Below are positions 53,099 through 63,335 of a DNA stretch of 64,000 bases, piece after piece (positions within the stretch are counted from its first letter, which is position 1; each line of letters opens with the position of its first letter). Below the pieces are notes generated by a model. It had not been told where the DNA came from. It ran no database searches and saw only the letters and a program-made list of their open reading frames with translations. A program made the position numbers and the translations under genes. This DNA comes from a virus (lineage: Duplodnaviria; Caudoviricetes): positions 41,522 to 105,521 of IMG/VR virus record IMGVR_UViG_2923682817_000001. One strand, 5' to 3'.

Positions 53099-55369
53099 TT
53101 AATCCAGGTGGGGGATGTCGCCGAATCGGGGGGTTCCGATGCGGACTCCCAAGGGGGCGTGCTCTTCCAGAGCCGCCATCAGCGCAGGCGTGCGCTCTTC
53201 AATGTTGGGGTACCAGAAGACGCCCTTGGTCGGGTCGCCGCCGTTGCCGCGGTAGTAGTAGTCCTTGGATCCGGCCACCAGGTGGAAGTAGCTGCCGGCC
53301 TTGGTCGCCTGCTCGACCATGACTCCCGCGGCCCAGAACGTCGCCGGCCGCGGCAGGTTCGCCGGCGGGCTGACGAATTCCAGGAAAACGCCAGCAACGA
53401 CGGACCTGAACGGCACTTCGATCCGCTTCCAGCCGGCCGTCATCGGCACCGTCAGCTGGCCGAGGGTCGTGTACGGCGGCCCGTTCAAGGTGACCTTGAG
53501 CACGATCTCGGGAAGGCTGCCGTCGCTGTGCACATACAGCGACAGGACGCAGTCGGCGCCCGGCGGCGGGGTGACGATGGATCCGCCGACGAACCCTGTC
53601 GAGCCGGCACCGTAGGTGATCTTACGGGCGGGGAAGACGTCGCCGGCGACGGGCGAGACGCCGTCTTCGGTAACGGTGAGGTTGGTCGCGTCGCCTGAGG
53701 TCCACAGCACGCCCTCGGCGTAGTTCGCCCTGTCGGCGATCACCAGCGGGACCAGGGTCTGCGCGGTGGTGTAGGGACGCGGGCCGGGCGACGTCGCGGT
53801 GCCGGACGGCTCGACCTGCACGCAAGCGACCTCGTGGAAGTTGGCGGCCGGGACGGCGTTGAAGCGGAAGCCCACGGCAGCGTAGGCGGCGCGGCGCCAG
53901 ACGTACTTGCCGGAGCCGGCCGGCTGGTCGGCGGGGGCGATGAATTCGGCGTGCACGCGGTTCCACGGCTGGCCGTTGGCGCCGGAGGTGATGCCGGCGT
54001 TGGTCGCGCCGGTGCCGAACTGGAGCGGGTCGTTTTCGGTGGGGGCCGCTCCCCAGATCGCGAAATCCGTGAACGCACCGTCGGGGGTGCCGTCGGTCAG
54101 GTCCGCGGAGCCGACGGAGACGCCGTATCCGGTGGCGACCAGCTGCAGGCCGATTCCCAGCTGCGCACTGCCGCCGCCGACGCCTGCGCCGGACATGGAG
54201 ATCGGTTGGGGCGGGGACAGTGACGCGCTGCCGCCGCCGACGCCGTGGCCGTCAGCGAAGGTCGGCCACGCCTTGAACATGATCACCCGCGGCGCGTCCA
54301 GGCCGGTGCCGGGGCCGCCTTCGCCGGAGGCGGATATGGGCACGATGCGATACAGGTAGGCCGAGCCGAGGCTACCGCCGACGCCGGAGGCCGAGAACGC
54401 CCCCGAGCTCCACAGTCTGGCTCTTCCGGTTCCCTTACCTGTGCCGGAGGCCTTGACGGTGCCTTCGGCGCTCAGCTGCGCGCTGCCGGTGCTGGCACCT
54501 GAGCCGCTGCCCTGCAAGAACTTCAGGCGGATCATCTCGACCGCGGGGGAGGTCATCGCACCTGCGCCGGCGGCCGACAGCGCGACCATGGCCAAGGTGG
54601 CCGAGGCGTGGGCGGCGCCTGACCAGACGTAGCCGGGACTGCTGCCGTCCACGTAGCCGGTTTCGGTGGTGCCCTGCTCCAGCTTGACGGCGTCGATGTC
54701 GGCGGAGGAGGTGCCGCCGGAGATGGGCGGGTTGGTGATGGTGGTGACGGTGCGGAAGCTGCCGAAGCGCTGGCTGCCGGTCGTATGGGAGGTGCTGCCC
54801 TGCCAGTTGGGCGACGACAGCATGCTGGTGTAGGTCGACGGGCTGACGACGATCCATCCGCCACCGGACACGGGGCCGTCGGTGTAGTCCTGGTAGGACC
54901 CGTAGCTCGTCGATGTCGAGCCCGCCTGGTAATAGCTGCTCGCGGTGGTGACGGCGATGACGAGCCGGTCGGCGCCCGCGCGGGGCACGAGGTTGCGTAC
55001 GGCTACCCGGCCGTTGGTGGTGCGGGCAAACGTCTGAGTGGCTACCTGCACGCGGGCCGACATCGCCGCGCCGGGCAGCAGGTCGTAGACGGTGACCCGC
55101 ACACCGTCGTTGTAGCCGCTGCCGTGGCTTTCGGTGATGCCCTTGATGCTCAGCGACAGGCTGTAGGCCAGGCCTCCGGGCTCGACCGGCACAGTGGTAC
55201 GGACACCACCGTAGACGTTCTGTGAGCCGAAATTCGATAGGCGTAGGGAGTAGGTGCCGGAGGCCGGATTGGCCGCCACGCGGGAGAAAGAGGCGCCGTT
55301 TTCGGCCTCCCACAGAGCGGTGCCGAGTTCAAAAGTTGGGTTGGTGACGTAGTTCGCGTAGATCGCCAT
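53099..55369 (-). CDS. Tail fibre/minor tail protein with CBM-like domains and a Gly/Ser-rich shaft
   Basis: NYVTNPTFE, DAV.LE.G...Y.DG, W.R..V.F. Confidence 0.7.
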   Translation of the reverse strand: MAIYANYVTNPTFELGTALWEAENGASFSRVAANPASGTYSLRLSNFGSQNVYGGVRTTVPVEPGGLAYSLSLSIKGITESHGSGYNDGVRVTVYDLLPGAAMSARVQVATQTFARTTNGRVAVRNLVPRAGADRLVIAVTTASSYYQAGSTSTSYGSYQDYTDGPVSGGGWIVVSPSTYTSMLSSPNWQGSTSHTTGSQRFGSFRTVTTITNPPISGGTSSADIDAVKLEQGTTETGYVDGSSPGYVWSGAAHASATLAMVALSAAGAGAMTSPAVEMIRLKFLQGSGSGASTGSAQLSAEGTVKASGTGKGTGRARLWSSGAFSASGVGGSLGSAYLYRIVPISASGEGGPGTGLDAPRVIMFKAWPTFADGHGVGGGSASLSPPQPISMSGAGVGGGSAQLGIGLQLVATGYGVSVGSADLTDGTPDGAFTDFAIWGAAPTENDPLQFGTGATNAGITSGANGQPWNRVHAEFIAPADQPAGSGKYVWRRAAYAAVGFRFNAVPAANFHEVACVQVEPSGTATSPGPRPYTTAQTLVPLVIADRANYAEGVLWTSGDATNLTVTEDGVSPVAGDVFPARKITYGAGSTGFVGGSIVTPPPGADCVLSLYVHSDGSLPEIVLKVTLNGPPYTTLGQLTVPMTAGWKRIEVPFRSVVAGVFLEFVSPPANLPRPATFWAAGVMVEQATKAGSYFHLVAGSKDYYYRGNGGDPTKGVFWYPNIEERTPALMAALEEHAPLGVRIGTPRFGDIPHLD

Positions 55370-55370
55370 G

Positions 55371-57350
55371 TCAGGCCTCCAGGACGATGCCGAAGCGGGT
55401 GGCGGTGTTTTGGAAGGCGGACGTGGCCGTGGCCACCGTGGCTGAGTTGATCTGAATCGTGAAGTTGTCGCCCGCCGCGCGCACGGACAGCCGGTCACCG
55501 TTTTGCACGGGGTAGGCGTAGGTGGCCAGGGTCGTCACCACGCCGGCCTGCACACGGTCCAGCGTGGAGCGCGAGGCACGGATGTAGTTGGCGGCGTCGA
55601 TGTAGCGCAGAATCAGGCCCTGTTTGTTCGCCCCGGAGGGCGTGGTGGCCAGTGTCGCGGCCACGACCGCGTCCTTGACGCCGTAGTCGATGATCGACAG
55701 GCAGCGCTGGCCGGGGACGGCCGGCCGGACGGCGCCGTCGGCGTAGGAGTCGCGGATGAATCCGGCCACGGGGCTGGTCCAGGTCTTGCCACCGAATTCT
55801 GTGGTGCGTCCCTGCAAGGGGGCCAGTGCGTCGGCGCCGGGGTACCCGGTGAACGTGTCCAGCACCCGCGTGTCAGCGCTGGCGACGGCCGCCCGGGTGC
55901 CGATCGTCCGGCCGAACTCGTCGAACCACGTGACGTAGGGGAAGCACGGCGCGGCGGCCTGGGCGGTGCCGTGAGGCTGGTGGATGTAGGCCGACACGGT
56001 CAGCCGCAGCCGGCGGTCAGAGGAGTTTTTCGCCCACTCCGGGGAGGTGTCGGGGCGCAGGCCGACCGAGCGGCGCACGGCGCGGTAGACCTGGCCACGG
56101 AACTCGGTCAGATCCTCCACACGGTAGGTGCGGGTTTTGTCCCAGACGGTGATACGCGGCAGCGGGATCCCGTACTGGACGGGAATCATCGGGTCAGCGG
56201 TCGGGTTGGGCGGCAGTGACCAGGCGGCGATGTCGGCCGCGGCGGTGTGGGTGTTGTGGATGGTCAGGCAGTTGGCGTCCCGGTCGCCGGTGACCGGGTG
56301 GGGCACGCCGACGGCGATTTTCGGCACCGCCTTGGCGTCGATCACGCCCGCGGTGAAGCTCGCGCCGGACCAGCCGTGCTGGGTGCTCAGGCCTGAGTCG
56401 TAGGCGGCCGTGCGGTCGTCGACCGCGGTGTGCACCGTCCACCAGGTGTTGTTGGACCCGTTGCCGGGCGGCGCCTGGTCGATGCCGTAGGCCGCTACCA
56501 GGCAGCGGTACAGGTGCAAGTCCACCGCGACCACGGCGCCGACGGCGTAGCGGATGGAGGCATCCCACGGTGGGAAAAGCGGGTTGATCTGCTCGGACAT
56601 GTCCGAGCTCGGCAGCAGGTTGAGGGTCTGGCGCAGCTCCAGGTCCCAGCCGCTCGCGGCGCGGGCGGCGGCCTTCATCGTGTCGGGGTGTCCGCGCTCG
56701 CTGCTGAGGTAGGCCGAGTCGATGGTCATGACGCGGGCCTGGGTGGGGGTGACGCCCTCGGGGACGAAAGCTCCCAGGGAAGCGGCCAGGTGGCCGGCGG
56801 TGGTGATGTGGGTGGTCCGCAGCTCCGAGGCGGTCAGGGCCGCGTCCATGGACGAGCGAACGCGGTCCAAGCCGTAGCCGATCATGTGAATGAATCGGGC
56901 TAGTGTCTGGTTTGAGTCGGCGTCCACGGTCAGGTTGGAGCCCTGCAGCAGCCGGTGGTGAATCGGCATCCGGCGCCACAACCAGTCGACCATCTGGTGG
57001 TTTTTCACGTGCAGCGTGCTGGCGGTGCCGGCGCGCACCCACACGTTGTTGATCTTGAGGAAGATCGCGTAGTAGTGAAAGCGTCCGGGCAGGGTCTGGG
57101 CGTCGATGTAGGAGCTCGGCGCCGCGTCGGCGTCGATGACCAGGCGGCCGTCATCCAAGGTGCGCGGGTAGCCGTCCAGGCTTGCGACCAGCCGGAATCC
57201 GCCGTACTGGCCGGCGGGCAGGTCCCACGACAGGTAGATGCCGTCGTAGGCGACCGAGTGGGCGGTGAAAGCCTGCTCATCGAAGCTGGGTAGCTCAGGG
57301 TTGGGACCGTAGAAGGTCCGCGCGTACTGGTCGACGCGGTAGACGGCCAT
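55371..57350 (-). CDS. Baseplate/tail protein (P2 gpI-like) with chitin-binding-like W..Y..G..V repeats
   Basis: W..MP, L.RF....G..LD, LA..LG, RG....A..SGW; WDASIRYAVG and WDKTRTYRVE. Confidence 0.7.
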   Translation of the reverse strand: MAVYRVDQYARTFYGPNPELPSFDEQAFTAHSVAYDGIYLSWDLPAGQYGGFRLVASLDGYPRTLDDGRLVIDADAAPSSYIDAQTLPGRFHYYAIFLKINNVWVRAGTASTLHVKNHQMVDWLWRRMPIHHRLLQGSNLTVDADSNQTLARFIHMIGYGLDRVRSSMDAALTASELRTTHITTAGHLAASLGAFVPEGVTPTQARVMTIDSAYLSSERGHPDTMKAAARAASGWDLELRQTLNLLPSSDMSEQINPLFPPWDASIRYAVGAVVAVDLHLYRCLVAAYGIDQAPPGNGSNNTWWTVHTAVDDRTAAYDSGLSTQHGWSGASFTAGVIDAKAVPKIAVGVPHPVTGDRDANCLTIHNTHTAAADIAAWSLPPNPTADPMIPVQYGIPLPRITVWDKTRTYRVEDLTEFRGQVYRAVRRSVGLRPDTSPEWAKNSSDRRLRLTVSAYIHQPHGTAQAAAPCFPYVTWFDEFGRTIGTRAAVASADTRVLDTFTGYPGADALAPLQGRTTEFGGKTWTSPVAGFIRDSYADGAVRPAVPGQRCLSIIDYGVKDAVVAATLATTPSGANKQGLILRYIDAANYIRASRSTLDRVQAGVVTTLATYAYPVQNGDRLSVRAAGDNFTIQINSATVATATSAFQNTATRFGIVLEA

Positions 57351-57362
57351 CTGGTTGTCCGA

Positions 57363-58511
57363 TCAGGGGTAGGTGTTGATGGTGCGCTTGCCGCCTGGCC
57401 CGTCGAAGCTCGGGACCTGGCCGGTGCCGTCGTCGGGTACGGGGCCGACGGTGCCGTAGCCGTAGTAGGCGTACCAATTGCCGTTGATGTTGACCACGGT
57501 GTGGCCGCCGCTGTAGTCGGCGGGCGGCGCCGAACTTGACGGCGAGCCGGGCCTGGGCGGCGTCGGCGCGGGAGGTGCGGGCGGCGGAGGCGGCGGGGGC
57601 GGGGTGTAGATGCTCCGGGGGAAGTCTCTCAGCATGCCGTCGTCCTCCTCCTCAGTGCATCGCACCAGGTACACGCGCAAATACGCGTTGATCGGCAGCG
57701 CGTCGGTGAGGTCGGTCCCGTCGATGCGCGCCGATGCGGTGATGCGCGTGCCGCGCTTGAGGACCTCGCTCCAGTGGATGGTGTTGATCAAGAAATCGCC
57801 GTTGTGCTCGTTCTGGCGGACCATGTGGTGCAAGGTGGCGTCTCTGCCGTTGATCTCCAGGCGTGCGCGGCGACGTGCCCTGACGGCGCGGGTGTCGGCG
57901 TCGGGGGTGTGGTCCACCTTGAGGCTGATCATCCACAGGCCGGTTTCGTTGAGCACGACGCCGTCTTGAACGCCCATGACGAACGGGTCGTCGTAGTACC
58001 TGATCGGGAGTCGCTGCCAGCCGCCGTCGGACACGGTCAGCGCGTCGGCCTCCAGGGGCAGCCCGACCCACGGCGTGTCGATACCCTCGGGGTCGGCGAG
58101 CTCGTAGTGGTAGGGCAGCAGCAGCCGCTTGCCGTCGGCCGTGGGCAGTTCCTTGCACAGCTGCCGCCTGGCCGTGCCCACCCATCGCAGCGGGTTGCCG
58201 TCAGGGTCGGCGGCCGGCACGCCGGGTGATCCGACCAGCAGCGGCGCGGTGTTGAGCCGGTAGTTGCGTACGGCGCCCTGGTAGTAGGGCAGGTGCTCGC
58301 CGCGGGTGTGGGAGGTCAGCCGGTCGGCGACGGTGGTGTAGTCGATCACCAGGCCGCCGGGGTTGTTGTTGGCGATCTGCGGGTTGACGCCGAGCACGGT
58401 CTGGGTGGCCCGGATTTCGTCTTGGACGTCGTTGGTGTGGGACTCGATGATCGTCTGGGACAGGTCGCGCTTGGTGGGCCACGCGCGGTAGCCGTTGGGG
58501 TAGGTGGCCAT
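57363..58511 (-). CDS. Tail-associated protein (paralog family)
   Basis: YP..W.TK.D..H.N.VQDEI.ATQ..LG.NP.IA; LNETGLW.I. Confidence 0.7.
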   Translation of the reverse strand: MATYPNGYRAWPTKRDLSQTIIESHTNDVQDEIRATQTVLGVNPQIANNNPGGLVIDYTTVADRLTSHTRGEHLPYYQGAVRNYRLNTAPLLVGSPGVPAADPDGNPLRWVGTARRQLCKELPTADGKRLLLPYHYELADPEGIDTPWVGLPLEADALTVSDGGWQRLPIRYYDDPFVMGVQDGVVLNETGLWMISLKVDHTPDADTRAVRARRRARLEINGRDATLHHMVRQNEHNGDFLINTIHWSEVLKRGTRITASARIDGTDLTDALPINAYLRVYLVRCTEEEDDGMLRDFPRSIYTPPPPPPPPAPPAPTPPRPGSPSSSAPPADYSGGHTVVNINGNWYAYYGYGTVGPVPDDGTGQVPSFDGPGGKRTINTYP

Positions 58512-58513
58512 GG

Positions 58514-59617
58514 TTACCAGCCGGTGATTCGGTAGATGTCGCGGGAGTTGATGATGTTGCTGCCGGTGCTGCCGCCGCCGTAGGATCCGCCACTCCCCCA
58601 GCCGGTCGAGCTCCACACGTCGATGAGTTCGCCGTTGACGCAGCGCAGGTAGCCGACCTGGCCGGCGTCGTTGGTGAGGAAGCGCTGGGCAAAGGAGGTC
58701 TCATTGCAGGTGCCCGGCCGGTGCGGGATGGCCGGTGCGTGGTCGTTGGGTCCGCAGTAGCCGCCCATCGGCAGCTCGGGCAGGGGCAGGCCCGGAGTGG
58801 GAGAGGGCGGGGCCGGGAAGGTCTCCATGTCCATGCCGCCGTCGAAGCACCGGACCAGGTGGGCGCGCAGGTAGACGTTGCAGACGGCGGTGTAGTTGGC
58901 GCCCAGCCCCTCGGTGCGCACGTCGATGTTCAGGGTGGTGCCGGCGCGGAAGGTGTCACTCCAGGTGAGAGTGTTGATGGGGATCTTCGAGCTGTAGGCG
59001 TCGTCGTCCAGGTAATCGCGCAATCCGACGTCGTGGCCGTTGACCATGAGGCGGGTGGCCTGGGCGGCGCCGACGACAACTTCGGCGTGGCCGATCGACC
59101 AGTCCGTTTTCACGGTGATGGTCCACAGCCCGTCCTGGTTGATGATCATGCCGTTGCCGGAGGTGATCTGGTACGGGTCGTCATGCGCCCGCAGCGCTGC
59201 CCGGGTCCAGGTGTTGGCCGGGACCTGCTGGTCGTAGGAGGCCGATCGGACGTAGGGCAGGTGCAGGCCGCGCGCCTGGTACTGCAACCGGGCCGCGACG
59301 GTCTGGTGGTCCTTGGCGCCGACCTGCGGGGGCTTGCGCACGTCACCGCGCGGAGGCGTGGTGGTGCCGCCGCCGGAACCGCCGCCGGGCGTGGTCGTGC
59401 CGCCGCTGGGCGGGTCGTAGCGGGTGCAGTCCCGCACCCAGGCGTCCACGTCGGGCCGGCGCAGCTCCAGACCGTTGGAGGTACGCGCCTTGATTCGTCC
59501 TAGCAGCTCGGACATGGCCGACGACGAGGTCCCGGTGATCCACGAGGAGATGCGGTCGGGGCTGCCGGACAAGTGGTTGTCCTGACCGTAGGGCAGGGGT
59601 GTGTTGACGACGGGCAT
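58514..59617 (-). CDS. Tail-associated protein (C-module paralog)
   Basis: DDPY..NG..INQDGLW.I..N.YLR..LVRC. Confidence 0.7.
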   Translation of the reverse strand: MPVVNTPLPYGQDNHLSGSPDRISSWITGTSSSAMSELLGRIKARTSNGLELRRPDVDAWVRDCTRYDPPSGGTTTPGGGSGGGTTTPPRGDVRKPPQVGAKDHQTVAARLQYQARGLHLPYVRSASYDQQVPANTWTRAALRAHDDPYQITSGNGMIINQDGLWTITVKTDWSIGHAEVVVGAAQATRLMVNGHDVGLRDYLDDDAYSSKIPINTLTWSDTFRAGTTLNIDVRTEGLGANYTAVCNVYLRAHLVRCFDGGMDMETFPAPPSPTPGLPLPELPMGGYCGPNDHAPAIPHRPGTCNETSFAQRFLTNDAGQVGYLRCVNGELIDVWSSTGWGSGGSYGGGSTGSNIINSRDIYRITGW

Positions 59618-59976
59618 CAGCTGGTCCTGACGATGTGGGGGAAACGCTCGGCCCACTGGGGCCAGTGGGTGTACAGGGCGTCGGTGACGGCCGCCGGGTC
59701 GAAGTTGTGTTTGACCGGACCGGAGTCCTCCAGCACCTGAATAATCCGCTCGACGTCGGCGGACGGGGCGCTGCTGATCCAGTCGACGACCGCTTGCAGC
59801 GTGAACGGCGTGCTGCCGGGGTCGTTGCGGGCGATCTGCGGCGTCAGGCCCAGGGTGCGCTGCAGGCCCGTGGTGAGCTCGTCCTGGACGGTGTTGAAGT
59901 GGTCGGCGAGCACGACCGTGGTGTAGTCGAACTTGGTCGACCACTCCCGCAGCTCGGCCGGATACAGGGCGCTCAT
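59617..59976 (-). CDS. Tail-associated protein (N-module paralog)
   Basis: YP..LR.WSTK.D..V.A.H.N.VQDE..Q..LG..P.IA.N.PG. Confidence 0.7.
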   Translation of the reverse strand: MSALYPAELREWSTKFDYTTVVLADHFNTVQDELTTGLQRTLGLTPQIARNDPGSTPFTLQAVVDWISSAPSADVERIIQVLEDSGPVKHNFDPAAVTDALYTHWPQWAERFPHIVRTS

Positions 59977-60668
59977 CAGGCGGCCCCGGTGATGTGCAGC
60001 AGGCGGCCGTCCTGCTGTACCTGCTTGACGTAGCGCACCAGGTAGGCGCGCAGCACCACGTTGGCCAGCAGCGTGTGCTCGGGCGCTTCCAGGTCGGTGC
60101 GTACCTGCACAGTGACCTTGGTCCCCTTCTCCCACACTTCGGGCCAGGTGATGTGGTTGTGCAGGGCGAAGGAGTTGCGGGCGTCCTCGCCGGTGAAGTC
60201 GCCCATGCCGACGTCGATTCCGTTGAACAGCACCCGCAGCTTGCGCCGGGCCTTTTTCTGCAGGCTGTAGCCGGTGGCCTTGTATTCGGCGCGGGCCTCG
60301 ATCATCCACAGGCCTGTTTCGTTGAGGGTGAGGACCCCGGCGTCGTCGGACATGACGAACGGATCGGACTTCGCCACCAGCGCCACCGGATTCCAGGCGT
60401 TAGCCACCAGCGGCACACCCAACGCCATGCCGCGATAAAACGGCAGGTCAGAGCCTCGGGCGTGTTCCGTCATGCGCTGTTCGACGGTGCCGTACTCGCG
60501 CAGGAGGCCGCCGGGGTTGTTGCGGGCGATGTGCGGGTTAACGCCGACCGTGGTCTGGGTGGCGCCGATCTCCTCCTGCATCGTGTTCATGTGCTCGGCC
60601 CACACGATGTTGCGCCAGCCGAGTTTGGTTGAGTAGGTGCGGATTCCTTCGGGGTAGGAGGCGGGCAT
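59976..60668 (-). CDS. Tail-associated protein (paralog family)
   Basis: Carries both N- and C-modules. Confidence 0.7.
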   Translation of the reverse strand: MPASYPEGIRTYSTKLGWRNIVWAEHMNTMQEEIGATQTTVGVNPHIARNNPGGLLREYGTVEQRMTEHARGSDLPFYRGMALGVPLVANAWNPVALVAKSDPFVMSDDAGVLTLNETGLWMIEARAEYKATGYSLQKKARRKLRVLFNGIDVGMGDFTGEDARNSFALHNHITWPEVWEKGTKVTVQVRTDLEAPEHTLLANVVLRAYLVRYVKQVQQDGRLLHITGAA

Positions 60669-60678
60669 GGGGCGGCTC

Positions 60679-62193
60679 CTATACCGGGGTGATGACGCCG
60701 CCGGTCGTGGCCAACTTCACCACACCCAGGACGGGCATCTCGTAGTCCTTCATCACCGCGTCGTCGGCGCCGGCCTGGGGGGCGTCGCTGCGCGCCATGA
60801 CGGGGATGTTGATGTTGATCACACCCGGCAGTGAGGCCAGGGTGGTGTAGATCTTGCTCAGGGTGACGCGCGTACCGAACGTCATGTCCGCGGCTTTGAA
60901 CAAGGCGGCCAGCTGGGTCTGCACGGCCGCCTTGACCTGCGTGTCGCGCCAACCGGGGGCGACGAAGATCCGAAGCGGGTTGATGTCGGTCCCGAAATTC
61001 ACCGGGACGAACGTGGGTGAGCTGACCGACACGGCGACGCCGGACAGCGCCGCGGCCTTCAGCCGGGCCTGCACCGCGTCCAGCAGCGTGGTGTTCGGGG
61101 TGGAGCGGTCCGGGCCGGCCAAGAACACCGTGACCGAGCTCGTACGCGCGGAGACCGCCTTGGCGGCCGAGACGCCGGGCACCTCCAGGGCGAGGCGGGA
61201 GAAATCCAGCAGGGTGACGCAGCGCCGTTGGGCGGCGAAAGCGTGGGGTGCGTTGCGGCGGATCTCGTCGTTGTCCTCGGGGTCGGAGCCGCCGAGCGTC
61301 GCCGTCGACAGGGGCTTGCTGGCCGCGTCCAGGGCGACCAGAACACCGGTCACCGTGTTGGAAACCAGCTGGCCGATCTTCCCGGCCGGGAGGTTGCCGG
61401 CCCTGCCGACACCAACCCGATACGACAGGAAGATCTTCGCGCCGAGCTCGGGCACGTAGCCGTTGATCCCGTTTCCGAAGATCACCGAAGTGGTTCCGTC
61501 GGCGCGCAGCCGGACCAGAAACACCCGGTCCTGCGGGGCTGCGTCGACCGCGCGGTTGACCCGTACCCACTCGATGTCGGCGTGCGGGGCCTGGACCCAC
61601 ACGCGGACGCTTCCCTCGATGACGCCCTGGTGAGGGATGCGCACCGACAGGCCGGCGCGGCCGGTGCCCTCGCCGGCCTCGTAGCGGTTGACGGTCTGGC
61701 CCTGGGTGATCGCCGCGTTGATTGTTCCGCCGGCGGCCGGGACCACCACGTCGCTGTCGGTCTCGAAAACGATCGGGGCGTCCAGGTCCTCGATGTAGTC
61801 GGTCAGCAGCGTCGTACCCTTGGGTACGGTGATCGCCGCGGTGGTGGTCGCGTCGGAGGTCAGGGTGACTGACCCTGTCGCCGCGATCGTGCCGTGGGTG
61901 ATGTAGCCGATCTGCTCGGCCAGCGCGAGCACCGATGCCCGCTGCGTCGCGGTGGCCAGGACGCTCTCGCCCAGCACCCGGTCGATGTACAGATTGTTGA
62001 GGTCGGTACTAGAGGCCATGATCTCGGCGAGCATCATCACGAAGTCGCCCTCACCGTTGGCCACCCACTCGGGGATGACCTGGCGCCCGCGGCGGACCAG
62101 CTCGGCCAGCACGGCGTCGTAGTCGCGGGCGGTGTAGTCCAGGGAGACCTCGGGGACGGTGTAGCCGATCTCGGCCAGGGTCTCGTCAGCCAC
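60679..62193 (-). CDS. Baseplate J / wedge protein
   Basis: DYTARDY, LA..IGY, FGNG.NG..P, GG.DPE..DEIR..AP, R.VT..DF. Confidence 0.9.
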   Translation of the reverse strand: MADETLAEIGYTVPEVSLDYTARDYDAVLAELVRRGRQVIPEWVANGEGDFVMMLAEIMASSTDLNNLYIDRVLGESVLATATQRASVLALAEQIGYITHGTIAATGSVTLTSDATTTAAITVPKGTTLLTDYIEDLDAPIVFETDSDVVVPAAGGTINAAITQGQTVNRYEAGEGTGRAGLSVRIPHQGVIEGSVRVWVQAPHADIEWVRVNRAVDAAPQDRVFLVRLRADGTTSVIFGNGINGYVPELGAKIFLSYRVGVGRAGNLPAGKIGQLVSNTVTGVLVALDAASKPLSTATLGGSDPEDNDEIRRNAPHAFAAQRRCVTLLDFSRLALEVPGVSAAKAVSARTSSVTVFLAGPDRSTPNTTLLDAVQARLKAAALSGVAVSVSSPTFVPVNFGTDINPLRIFVAPGWRDTQVKAAVQTQLAALFKAADMTFGTRVTLSKIYTTLASLPGVININIPVMARSDAPQAGADDAVMKDYEMPVLGVVKLATTGGVITPV

Positions 62194-62617
62194 GGATGAC
62201 CTCGCTCACGGTGCCGCCGGGGCCGACCACGCCGCGGTGCACGAAACGGCTCGCGGCCACGCCGGAGTCGGGGGTGTCGGTCCGCTTGAATCCGACGTCC
62301 AGCAGCGCCATCCCCTTGGACGGCTCCGGGTACGGGGTCAGCTTGGTGATGACCGCGCCGGGCTCGTACAGGGCGGCCTGCTCGGCCACGTCAATGGACA
62401 GGTCCGCGACCACAGTGGACGGGTCCGGCTCAAAAACCATGCGGGCCACGCCGACGCCGAATTCCGGCATCATGACGCGTTCGGTGGGGTTGGTGGCGAT
62501 GATCGTGACCAGGCGCTGAAGAATCTGCCGGTCCACGTTTCGCGTTGTCGTCACGCTGCCGTCCACACCGAAACGGAACGGCTGGTCGATCGCAACAGGA
62601 GCTTTTCCGAGCGACAC
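62186..62617 (-). CDS. GPW/gp25-family baseplate wedge subunit
   Basis: PF, T.P.ERVM.P.FG, YEP. Confidence 0.85.
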   Translation of the reverse strand: MSLGKAPVAIDQPFRFGVDGSVTTTRNVDRQILQRLVTIIATNPTERVMMPEFGVGVARMVFEPDPSTVVADLSIDVAEQAALYEPGAVITKLTPYPEPSKGMALLDVGFKRTDTPDSGVAASRFVHRGVVGPGGTVSEVIRG

Positions 62618-62648
62618 GATAGTTCATTCCTCCTGCCGCGATAAAGGG

Positions 62649-63335
62649 TTATCCAGAGTCACCATTCAGTGTATTTGGGTTGGCGATTTCGTTTGCAGTT
62701 GCGAGCGCCTGCTCCAACAATTCAACTTTTGCGGAAAGTGTTCTTACCGCTTCCCATAGGATGCCGATCACGGCGCCGGTGTCGACGGTGGAGGCGCTCG
62801 CCTGGACGACCTCGGGCAGATCTTCCAGAAGCGGCCCGACGTGCAGCCGCGAGTCGCTGGTGTGGTCGCTGGTGTAGCACCACTCGTAGGAGGGGGCGGC
62901 CTTGACCGCGGCCAGCGCGTCGGTGGTCAGGGGCCTGATGCGCTCTTTGAGCTCGGTGGTGGAGGCGATCTCAAAAGCGGTGGCGACCATGGCCACATAC
63001 CCGCTGTTGGACTTCTTGGCGTGCACCTTGGCGTCCAGCACCACGCCGGCCGGGCCGGGGCCGTCGACCGACAAGGAGCCCCCGGTGGGGATGATCCTCC
63101 CGTGCTTGGGGTCGTTGGGCACGTGGTAGACCGGCCAGCGCAGGTCACCGTTCGGGAAGGTGATCCACACCATGGCGCCTGGTTTGAGCGGGGCGTCCAC
63201 GATCGTGGCCGGCCGCGCCCATTCGGAAACGGTCTGGCCGAGCACGTCGGGCACTCGGGCGGTGATGCGGCGCTGATTTTTCGGGTCGCGCGCCGAGACG
63301 ACGATGGCCTGGTACTTGCCGGTGTGCTCCCTCAC
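62649..63335 (-). CDS. Baseplate spike (gp5/GpV OB-fold) fused to a peptidase-S74-type chaperone domain
   Basis: DP....RI.ARVP.V....WA.P..G..VW..F.NGD..P; S...LK..I..Y...G...E..P.VV..L.EAV..L..V..LE. Confidence 0.75.
   Translation of the reverse strand: MREHTGKYQAIVVSARDPKNQRRITARVPDVLGQTVSEWARPATIVDAPLKPGAMVWITFPNGDLRWPVYHVPNDPKHGRIIPTGGSLSVDGPGPAGVVLDAKVHAKKSNSGYVAMVATAFEIASTTELKERIRPLTTDALAAVKAAPSYEWCYTSDHTSDSRLHVGPLLEDLPEVVQASASTVDTGAVIGILWEAVRTLSAKVELLEQALATANEIANPNTLNGDSG

Noticed and set aside
62618-62640. GAGGAAT upstream of the gp25-like gene as a ninth operator
   Set aside because: No ATTCCT arm 12 bp away; it is just the GGAGG RBS
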